DNA of 64,000 nucleotides from an uncultured archaeon (lineage in GTDB: Archaea; Thermoplasmatota; Penumbrarchaeia; JASLWR01): positions 82,948-146,947 of the forward strand of contig CAYSHM010000005.1 of the NCBI GenBank assembly GCA_964430885.1. The letters run 5' to 3'. Each line of letters starts with the position of its first letter. Position 1 is the first letter of the stretch. Shown here one piece after another: positions 21,401 through 28,900 of this stretch. Made by a program: the position numbers and the translations under genes. Below the pieces are notes generated by a model. The model was not told the DNA's origin and did not search any database. It saw only the letters and a program-made list of their open reading frames with translations.

Positions 21401-22346
21401 GAGCTCCTAAGAACATCTCTTTTATATCTTCAATATCCACGCCCATGTTATCAAGCTTCACCAACAATCCCTGGAGGATGGACAACTCGTTTATCGCTTT
21501 TTTCATTCTAATATCATTTGTTCTTTTGGCAACATCATCCGAGAGCCGATTCAATCTGCTTTTGGCATCATGATATTTCCTTTTGATAATCCTTTTTTTA
21601 CATACCTGGAGATGTTCCAATTCCCTCTTAACATCAATACCGTCCTTTTCAAGAGACCTTATGCTCATCTCGACGTCTGATATCCGGAGTTCCAGTTCAT
21701 TTATGTACTCACTATCCCTAACCGACATCATTTCCTCGATCAATATTTCCGAAAGTTCTATCGCCTCGTCAAAATCCCCGTCCTTGAGTGCGGTTTTGGC
21801 ACCTGAATAGCTTATCTTAAAATTCCTAACACTCACACCTTTTTGTTCCAGTGACTTAGAATCCATTTCAGAAAGATCATTCAATATCTGGCGGGCTTTA
21901 GATAATTTCTGCTGGGCATTCTTTATTTTAATACCGTCCTCAAGACGTTTTATGATGGAGCGGCAATTGGAAAGAATCATTTGTGCAGCCTTGAACTTTC
22001 CATCCTTCAAGGCTTTGAACCCATCGTTCAGTCTGATACTGATTGCATTGGTATTGGCACCCTGATCCTTTAAAAACGAGGTCTCTTTGCGGGTTCTCTC
22101 GAACTCCTCCCATACCTTTTCCCTGATAGGTAGGTCCTGTTTACCTTCACCCTCGAATTTGGGACGAGCATTGGATTCCGCAGGCAAATCAACCGCATGG
22201 TTGTCATGATCAGCTGTTTCTTCTGCATGATCCTTTCCTTCACGGGACATGAGCTTGGATGCAAGATCACTCACTTTGCCGGGAGAAACACCTTCACCTG
22301 TCTTCTCCCTCTTTTCAGTGGAATGAATTTTTTTATCACGGTCCAA
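15402..22346 (-). CDS. Giant (2314 aa) cytoplasmic all-helical repeat protein; ~20+ degenerate ~95-aa repeats
   Basis: Uninterrupted 6945-nt ORF. No signal peptide, TM segment or Walker motif. Recurring unit [KLN]G[IV]D....L.....(~20 aa)..G[DN][FWYL]..A..L. Examples: KGIDTSVLEERL...EEGDFKALKALFDNL; QGLDTEQLAEAL...KEGNIKDAKWLMGQM; KGINVKQPEKIV...QQGDIQSARSLFESA; GGIDQSSSFRYL...EEGNLEGAEKAARESL. TTG start at 22346 with a GGAGG SD 6 nt upstream. Confidence 0.7.
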   Translation of the reverse strand: MDRDKKIHSTEKREKTGEGVSPGKVSDLASKLMSREGKDHAEETADHDNHAVDLPAESNARPKFEGEGKQDLPIREKVWEEFERTRKETSFLKDQGANTNAISIRLNDGFKALKDGKFKAAQMILSNCRSIIKRLEDGIKIKNAQQKLSKARQILNDLSEMDSKSLEQKGVSVRNFKISYSGAKTALKDGDFDEAIELSEILIEEMMSVRDSEYINELELRISDVEMSIRSLEKDGIDVKRELEHLQVCKKRIIKRKYHDAKSRLNRLSDDVAKRTNDIRMKKAINELSILQGLLVKLDNMGVDIEDIKEMFLGAQNAFYQGDYPFVSKVAREGALLSKAKLEKYNVDMIHSRFSLLKESVGAMAANGMDVALLKTKYPHIQEALDRSNVILGRELLGEMEAIIRTRELQENASQAKQLWEEAESRLVKLKKAGLKPVKAEILLRAAEIKLRSDDVESALSTVKRAYKYITEADDEFMKRNHLKTLVEVHSSLKMLERKGIDTSVLEERLMAIKNRIEEGDFKALKALFDNLEKDIADKKRVHLRNSIAGMLDNTERRIEDLRKEDFDLEDVDEMVEDALRLINEDDLDGVRDLLKRIDSSLDIKMQRKKVPVLKERMFSIESEIKKWRNVSMDTSTLEELLSDARASMEKDNIEKASKDVKRAWDIAQRLKGTYQQERILELISESKVIFPELLEAGQDIELMKKELDRVIDLFEAQRYRAAFELSDRVRSMIKSKTNILELFRKLKALREKCRKLGVKGKDILTLDSRLRGITDIFKTGRLDEVRKGLFDIEVDIENEYVSHYWTELDQFRQRLDELTDLGIDVDPLRSFIEKARSRLEKNDHDNAASCISMGWERAKKAYENYISNDLLGKLYDMEDELFDISQLGENVLDMEMKLLEIKRSIGDGAFEKAKTLIERRRADIDDLITELEVKRVCNYLDSTRSMLNNYEIQGLDTEQLAEALVRLDDYYKEGNIKDAKWLMGQMDEICSDLSKALEHKNVKEELESLRREIAHISSLDFDTTLMKTFYEDAKEMFSEGSLDKVKEYCGAAFREARERRREYDFKLAARQLFRIEKVLDFIKDDSQGSVDLADYYGRLDQFKKVSNDKMDDIFVEEVSKLETDIQSLNRDYIKKKAYDSRSKLNELLNYLQEKDGVADHILDLKERADIFLEKEYYDSSIQTYNKAIDSAFSIREKIDLRESLENLSAEMDKASIKGINVKQPEKIVKRVRELYQQGDIQSARSLFESAQNMLDKAKTNYLKSRIKNRMTAVKIYYNELVGLGIPKSSLNRAAENFIRCTEEIKKENWDMGEKLIAESEMHLDSQKYLFNIDTLNKKLEAAVYICIDIEREGVKIAKAKRLLEDMRELLRGREGIDDEEFESISDNIEHALTSAREREHQFRLSRLEIEMEKAETLIDRYQTLDIDMTGPQLLLKKAWECFNNEDTKRGLILVAQSLKSAQNISDTFFKTDSQNLIRELNELMDRTARISGEIDHLRTTFEKGKRLYHSEEYEECTLKLRSLKGICQDLLKAHDYRSRIEYLKTRLLTMKKGKESYLRKVEYIEKLMEEGDFEGAGIKLEETSREIKREFEAHRRKHVSDTIKATRRKVKELGSGGIDQSSSFRYLQKAILMLEEGNLEGAEKAARESLENAVKTRNLRGSQIKAELIGLERAVLNKAKAQKWGEEPVVKLSALLKSMESADEHDLTKIMLIFQDFMEVEEKSQEKWRFDRKLLDVKDYFYNLSPLLPRDIAREIYEQIEKITFIDGKSLQGKGRLNLVNMDDVKDRIIKRTENLINRDIRSINKAIDQMGGVRGLKQMSIEGIEAFEFYSRELDNIPIENQVSRLKVIRSLKELTSMLGRRAMKVALIQRHEKLKMKYAKLSFHSALFVEMDKWLDKADHALGENDVHAAKKHLDKADESLKAAKKMQNRKKARTILETTISEMKRIGVSLERAPSLRDMFSRTKQAAKDGDVSQVRTSCEEMVYFSKELIKRKERESARNAIQDLDAVLSSRSDMVDEEHYRNELNRSERKYSSGDYRYAYSLANKAMDHYNQSMNKYMSEKLQEKYKRGEALVRGTRNKGIDVSQAWSLLTEGRRCMERGEWDLSKELLAESIMVTKQLIRWKNISDMEKESPSWEEKIRALALQGAGTNQLRTQHSRILSHLGNGDLELAMDLKASLIRDIEVAGQGLFKKKIKENINECERLMFEISSFNGDISELKVQVDRSFNLMNQGEVEISYDITKECIEMANQILNGLLRTKAGVIVEATREIIEESRNPEAKEAFVKAKKYYEKGEFRQALELAQDAMRMA

Positions 22347-22454
22347 ACTCTTTCCTCCAAATACCTTAAGAATAACTCCTCATGATTGATCATATTCAGA
22401 TCTAAAGCCGAATCCCGGTCATATTAGACCAATTATCTAATCAATACCAATCAA

Positions 22455-25340
22455 TTAGATGCTCAGGAATACTACGGATATTATGGTTGACAGTACAAGC
22501 CATAATACAAATGTGGGCAGCAGTCGTTTTATCAGTATTGACTCCTTGTTCTTGAGACCAACTGCCGTCGCTATCACTACTGCGTTCATTGGTGAAATCA
22601 TCTCACCTGCACTCGAACCAAGTACCTGAGCCGCAGCAGTTCTTACGAGTGGCAACCCCAATGACCCTGCAGCTTCCATATGCAGAGAACCGAAGAGCAC
22701 ATTGGATGTGGTTGTTGAACCAGTAAGTGCTGACCCGCTCATACCTATGGAAGGAATGAAATACTTGTAAGCACCTCCAACAATATCCACTATTGTGGAT
22801 GCTATGGAAAAGGTCATGTCAAAATATCTCATGATATTCGCAATGGCCATAAATGCGGCAATAGTCAGCATTATGGGAAGGACCTCTTTTCCAGTCTGTT
22901 TCAATCCCCGTGCTACCATTCTAGCAGGCTTGATTGAATCAGCCAGACGGCCTATCTTTACCCTTTTACCTTCAGGTTCGGTTTCGAATTCTATTTCATC
23001 ATCGTCATCATCTTCAAATTCCAGCTCGAAATCATCATCGTCATCATCTTCAAATTCCAGCTCGAAATCATCATCGTCATCGTCGTCATCAAATGAAACC
23101 ACAAATTCATCGCCGGCATCTTCAATTATGAATTCTTCATCATTGTCTTCATCATCGTCGTCATCCTTAATGTCTATTGAATGGTCCCCTCCATCATTTA
23201 CCAAAGGCATTCCCATTGACAATGAATGGGTTCTTGTTCTTTTTTTCTTCTTTTTACGCTTGGGCTCGGTAATGCTTTCAACATCATCTTCCTTCTCATC
23301 GACAACTGGTTTTTTCTTCTTCTTTTTCTTTTTCTCTTCATTCTTATCCTGTTCATCTGAATCTTCATCATCACTTTCATCGGCGGCAGGTCTCTTTCTC
23401 TTTTTCTTCTTTGGCTTGACTTCGGCCTCCATATCCCTCTTCTTCACCTTTTTCCTTTCCCCTTCAACTCCATGGTCCTTTTCACCTGCCCTCTTGGAAC
23501 CTTTACTCTTTTCCAGAGCTCTCTTTTTTCCTGGGTGTTTTCTCCCATCCGATCTTTTATCCTTTTGAGAAGCATCTTTTTTCTTCTCTTTTTTATTCTG
23601 CTTATCTTCATCGTCATCAATTGGAGATATCTCATCGGATTCCAGATTTCTTATGAAACTACCGTCGAGATCGCTCTCAGGGGAAAAACTAGCTGCGATT
23701 TTTACAAACAATGGAACTGTGATTGCGACTATAAGAAGAATCGTTCCAGGCGAATAAAGCGGGGAGAACATCATGACCTTCCCTTCCGAAACTGTGTCAA
23801 AGGGAACGCTCAAGGTCATAAAATCTGCCGTGAGAAGACCCTTCAACGGCATTAAAAGACGTGTGACCAGCAGGATGAGGACCATGAAGCCCATTGACCA
23901 GAAATAAGGCCGAGCCAATAAGGTATTCTTGGGTTTGATCGATCCGCTGTCCTTTCCTGATTTCTTCTTCTCATCACCCCATCCAAGTATCCCCTTCTCC
24001 TTTTCGTTTAGCTTCTTCACAGATACTAATTTCTCATAGAGTATAACAAATAACAGGGTCGCGCCACCGGCAATGATTGTTGGAAGTTCGGGGCCAGTGA
24101 AGTAGGCTACCAGGGCCTGTATAGTTCCGTATACCGCCCCCATTCCCATGAGCAGGACTATATCTTCCCTGAGGTCCGGATCCTTGAAGTCTGCAAGGGG
24201 GCCCTGTTTGGTGTATACCAGGCTCATTATCAGAGGGGCAGGGATACAGAGTATTATCATATAGATCCCTATCCATCCTGAAAGGTCCATAAGGGCTAGT
24301 CCAGTAACTTCTTTTAGTGCTATAATGCTTACCCCGAGAAGTCCGAACACTGAAGATATTGAATTACCAAAAAGACAGAGGACTCCAACACCCACTCTGT
24401 TAAATCCCAAAGATACCAGCATGATGGCGGCAATAACAAAATTTGAACCGGCTGGGGCCACTGTTGCCATGATCAGAGCAAAGCAGAAACCTATAAGCAG
24501 GATCTGGTGCTGTTTATCTGTAGATATCGATTTGAAATCCTCCTTCAACTGTTCCATGGCACCTACCTTTTCCAGCATCTTAAGGAAGAAGAAAGCACCA
24601 AATATGGCATAGATGTAATCTAATCCACCCCATAGGGCCGAATATAATATGGTGGCCACTATCTTCTCAAAGGCGGCACCTACCTCCAATTCCTGTCTGA
24701 AAAATACCAATGCCAGTATAATAGTTATTCCCAGAGCGCAGGGGGCCACTATCTTTGAGGAAATCCTAAATACCAGAATCATGAAAAATACAAAAACCAA
24801 AGGAATAATCGCTATCAACGCCAGATACCATTCAAATTCATCATCCTCTTCATCACCGATGAAACCGCTAAGGTCAAGTATTACCTGATTATCGTTCTTA
24901 GAAGGATCTATAATATCTTCATCTGTTTCCGGTGCCAGACTTATCCTTATTCGCATTCGGCTTACTGATGTATTGTCAATTTCAAGGAACACGCCTATGT
25001 TATCCTCAGGTTTATCGCTTTGGAGAGTTTCATTATATATTGTTCTCCAAAGACCTCCGTCATTACCATGGTCCAAATCAACAAAAATGGATATGTCAGT
25101 CCCCATATGGTTCCTGATTGTAACGATAATCTCCAAGGTCTTTTCGGGATCCACATTTTCTGTAACCTTGTTTCCCTTAACTGTCAGGGTCTTCTGATCC
25201 TGCCTCAAGGTCACTTCCTTGATGGCAATGTTATTCTCAAGGGATTCGGATTCTTCCTGACCTAGTACAAAGGGAACGGACGATAATAATATCAGCAGGA
25301 CCAATAAAATTGGAATGTAAATCTTTCTTAAATATACCAT
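22455..25340 (-). CDS. L-lactate permease (LctP) family transporter with N-terminal extracellular domain and a large hyper-charged cytoplasmic insertion
   Basis: LctP signature blocks: DKQHQILLIGFCFALIMATVAPAGSNFVIAAIMLVSLGFNRVGVGVLCLFGNS (cf. E. coli LldP DQRLQMLIVGFCFGAFLEG...[23 protein letters not shown]), and C-terminal LTGSTTTSNVLFGSL...GEMISPMNAVVIATAVGLKNKESILIKRL (cf. LTGSDTSSNALFAAL...[28 protein letters not shown]). Signal peptide plus ~190-aa extracytoplasmic N-domain. ~230-aa K-rich then D/E-rich insertion (KKKKKKKK..., DDDDDDDDFELEFEDDDDDDFELEFEDDDDD). ATG at 25340; the track start 25349 is GTG. Confidence 0.75.
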   Translation of the reverse strand: MVYLRKIYIPILLVLLILLSSVPFVLGQEESESLENNIAIKEVTLRQDQKTLTVKGNKVTENVDPEKTLEIIVTIRNHMGTDISIFVDLDHGNDGGLWRTIYNETLQSDKPEDNIGVFLEIDNTSVSRMRIRISLAPETDEDIIDPSKNDNQVILDLSGFIGDEEDDEFEWYLALIAIIPLVFVFFMILVFRISSKIVAPCALGITIILALVFFRQELEVGAAFEKIVATILYSALWGGLDYIYAIFGAFFFLKMLEKVGAMEQLKEDFKSISTDKQHQILLIGFCFALIMATVAPAGSNFVIAAIMLVSLGFNRVGVGVLCLFGNSISSVFGLLGVSIIALKEVTGLALMDLSGWIGIYMIILCIPAPLIMSLVYTKQGPLADFKDPDLREDIVLLMGMGAVYGTIQALVAYFTGPELPTIIAGGATLLFVILYEKLVSVKKLNEKEKGILGWGDEKKKSGKDSGSIKPKNTLLARPYFWSMGFMVLILLVTRLLMPLKGLLTADFMTLSVPFDTVSEGKVMMFSPLYSPGTILLIVAITVPLFVKIAASFSPESDLDGSFIRNLESDEISPIDDDEDKQNKKEKKKDASQKDKRSDGRKHPGKKRALEKSKGSKRAGEKDHGVEGERKKVKKRDMEAEVKPKKKKRKRPAADESDDEDSDEQDKNEEKKKKKKKKPVVDEKEDDVESITEPKRKKKKKRTRTHSLSMGMPLVNDGGDHSIDIKDDDDDEDNDEEFIIEDAGDEFVVSFDDDDDDDDFELEFEDDDDDDFELEFEDDDDDEIEFETEPEGKRVKIGRLADSIKPARMVARGLKQTGKEVLPIMLTIAAFMAIANIMRYFDMTFSIASTIVDIVGGAYKYFIPSIGMSGSALTGSTTTSNVLFGSLHMEAAGSLGLPLVRTAAAQVLGSSAGEMISPMNAVVIATAVGLKNKESILIKRLLPTFVLWLVLSTIISVVFLSI
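22985..23095 (-). repeat. Perfect 36-bp tandem repeat (2 full copies + partial) encoding the DDDDDDFELEFE units inside the transporter's acidic insertion
   Basis: tcatcatcttcaaattccagctcgaaatcatcatcg at 23005-23040 is repeated exactly at 23041-23076. A degenerate copy lies at ~22985-23004 and GAT/GAC-rich tails follow. Confidence 0.85.
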
Positions 25341-25925
25341 CAAATACACCGGGATTAGTTTTTAGAAGGTTATATAATACCAAAATCTGTACAGTTTTGG
25401 ATTTATAAGGTTATCTCACTGAAATAATTATTGGTTTTATTAAAGTTTTTCCAGATATATTCCCTACTAAATACTCCTCTTGATAAAATAAGCATCATGC
25501 CGTTTGCGATAATTGATACGGCATATTGGAATATTTAATCAAACTCAAGGATCCTTTCGGGACTCCCACGGAAGCCCCCTAATCTAGACTAAATATGCAT
25601 CATACTATATACCAGCCCAATCTATAATATACAATAATTATATAGTATGAAATATTAACTACCTCGGCCCAAAGGCTTAATATTGATTTGAATGGAATAT
25701 GTTAATTATTGAAGATATTATTAGATCAAGAATGATGAAAGAAAATAATGCCAGTTGAATTGGTTTTTCGACCAAATAGAGAAACAAATTCCTTCCCTGG
25801 ATCATGAAGTAATAATTAAAAGCATTTTAAATGTCATAATATTGCCTCGAATATTTGAACAAAAACGTTAAGGAATTCATGTGATAAGCTCTTAATCAAA
25901 GCTGGAAGCGGCCAAGGTGTTGAAA

Positions 25926-28900
25926 ATGGGTAAGAAGAACAGAAAGGATATTGAAAAGGAGGTCCTGTCAATAGTAAGCGAGAAAACAGGATACCCCATC
26001 GATATGATTGATATCGAACATGATATGGAAGCCGACTTGGGTATAGATACTGTCAAACAGGTAGAGCTTTTTGGTGCTGTCAGAGAAAATTACAATCTTC
26101 AAGAGGAAGAAGGCGTCAATCTTTCCGAATATGCTTCTATTAAGGATGTAGTCCAGTTCATTGTGGATAAACTCGGCATTCCCGAGATGTCTGAGGTAGA
26201 TGCAGGTGAGGAAGAAGGTGCGGAATCGGAAGCAATGACCTCAGAGGAAGTGAAAAAAGATGAGGGTGAGGGTAGCAAAAGCGCACCAGTTCAAAAACAT
26301 ACAGTAAACATCATTGAAACTGAACGGGATAGGGATGAAATAACTTCCTATATCCATAGCTCCTTGGAACCCATAGCCGTAGTAGGCTTGGGCGGAATTT
26401 TTCCCGATTCAAACAGCATAACTGAATTTTGGCAAAATATAATTGAGGGGAAGGATTCCATTGACGAAATACCTGAAGATAGATGGGACATCTCAACCTT
26501 CTATGATCCCGACTCTAAAACCTCTAAGAACAAGAGTTATACAAAAATAGGGGCTTTCGTAAAGGATTTTGAGTTCAATTCCATAGATTTCCGTATTCCT
26601 CCAAATATTATCAAGCACATCGATCCCGTTCAGCTCTGGACCCTTGCAGCTACAAAGGAAGCTTGGGAGGATGCAGGTCTACATAAGAAGGATGTGGCCC
26701 GGGATAGGGTCAGTGTTATTCTAGCCAATGCCCAGGGTGGAGAACATCGAGACACGAACAGCAGTTTGGTATATCTGTACGACTTCATCAGGGCAATGGA
26801 AAAAAGCTCGGTCTTCAGTAACATGAAAAAGGCAGAGCGGAAAATCAAGGTGGAAGCCATAGAAAAGGAATTCATGAAGAACATGCCCGAGATAAATGAG
26901 GACACAATGCCTGGTGAATTATCGAACATTGTTGCATCTCGAGTTGCAAATAGATTTGATTTCTTCGGCCCTTCATTCACCTGTGATGCAGCATGTGCTT
27001 CCTCCTTTGCCGCCATAGACACAGCAGTGAAATATTTGAGGGAAGGTGATGCGGACATTCTTATTACTGGAGGAGCTGACCGGAGCATGAATCCATCCAC
27101 CTATGTGAAATTCTGCAAGATAGGAGTCCTGTCAAAGACCGGCAGCCGCCCCTTCGATGCAAAGGCCGACGGTTTCGTCATGGGTGAAGGAGCAGGTATT
27201 TTAGTACTGAAAAGGCTTTCAGATGCTATAAAGGACCTGGATAAGGTCTATGCGGTAATCAGAGGTATTGGTGCTTCCAGCGATGGCAAATCCAAAGGTA
27301 TCACCGCTCCAAATCCCCTTGGGCAGAAGAAGGCGATAGAGAGAGCTTATGAAAAAGCAGGATATGACCTCAGCACTGTTTCCCTTATCGAAGCTCACGG
27401 TACCTCCACAGTAGTAGGTGATGCTACCGAGCTGAAGACATTGGCAGACATTTGGAGCGGAAAGGGATTCCAGAAACAGAGTGTTGGAATAGGATCCATC
27501 AAGTCGCAGATAGGTCATCTGAAAAGCGCGGCTGGGGCCGCAGGACTTATCAAAATGATATTGGCCCTTCATCACAATACCTTGGCACCTACTATTAACT
27601 ATAAGGAAGCCAATCCTAATGTCAATCTTGATGAAACTCCATTCTTCGTAGTAACCGAACCTCGAAAATGGGAAAGACCAAGAATTAAAGGGGAATTGAT
27701 TCCCAGGAGAGCCGGCGTAAGTGCTTTCGGTTTTGGCGGGTCCAATTTCCATGTGACATTGGAGGAATTTACTGGCAATTATCCGGATCTGACTGCTGGA
27801 ATTGAGAGTACAAAACCAACCCATAGCCCTGAAAAAGTAATTGATCCTGAGCTTTATCTTAAGGAACACTCGGATATGGAGGGTGATGTCATAAGCATAT
27901 CCGCGGATTCTCTTGATGAACTTAAGGCTCAGGCCCAAACCCTATCATCAGACTTGAAGAAAGCCCTTAAGGATGAAGGAGAATACTTCCGATTGGCATC
28001 ATTTGCATATGATATCAATCGGATATTGGATTCCGATAAAATACGGACTTTTAGACTAGCGGTTTCTGCTCAGAAAGGGAAAGAGATGGCGGATCTGTTC
28101 CTGCTGGCAGCTGAGAACGTGCACAGCACGGAAAGGATGGCAATGCTGGAAAACAAGGGTATATTTTTCAGCAATCCTGACATATTGACTGAACTCGGAC
28201 ATTTAAAAGATGGTGTTGTCCATCCTCCGAAAACAGGCTTCGTTTTCCCTGGCCAGGGATCGCAGTATATCAATATGCTGAGGGATGTGAGCAATAAGTT
28301 TAGAGCTGTAGAAGACACCTTCATTGAATCTGATGAAATAATGACTGATATTATCGGCGAACCCCTTACAAATATAATCTTTTCAGATGAACATGATTCA
28401 GAACAAGATGTTAAAAGAAAACAGAACAGGATGACTGATACGGAAATTACCCAGCCTGCAATGATTACTGGTGATATTGCACTGTACCGATTATTCAAAA
28501 TGTACGATCTGGAACCTGCTGCGGTAGCCGGGCATTCCCTTGGAGAATACGGTGCATTAGTGGCTTCTGAGGTCATGGATTTCAAAAACGCGCTTTTGGC
28601 CTCATCGGCAAGGGGAAGGGAGATGGCGAACATCGAGATCGAAGACAAGGGCAAGATGGCCTCGGTGGCTGCCGGAGAAAAGGAAGTTCAGGAAATTTTG
28701 GATTCCATCGACGGCTATGTAATAGTAGCTAATAAGAATTCCTACAGCGAGAGTGTGATTTCAGGAGCTTCCAAAGCCGTGGAAGAAGCTGTGGAGAAAC
28801 TCAATAAAAAAGGCATCAATACGATTTGGCTGCCCGTGTCCCATGCATTCCATTCTGAAATCGTTGCTCCGGCCAAGGTTCCGCTGAGAAATTTCCTTGA

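Noticed and set aside
15402-22346. Considered SMC/Rad50-type coiled-coil ATPase for the giant protein
   Set aside because: No Walker A/B or signature motifs at either terminus. The repeats contain Gly-Asp turn motifs every ~95 aa, not an uninterrupted heptad coiled coil.
22795-23568. 257-aa plus-strand ORF rich in Ser/Phe (SSSSSSNSSSKSSSSSSS...)
   Set aside because: It lies antisense to the acidic/lysine-rich insertion of the LctP-like gene. It is a low-complexity mirror of the GAT/GAA/AAG repeats, not an independent gene.
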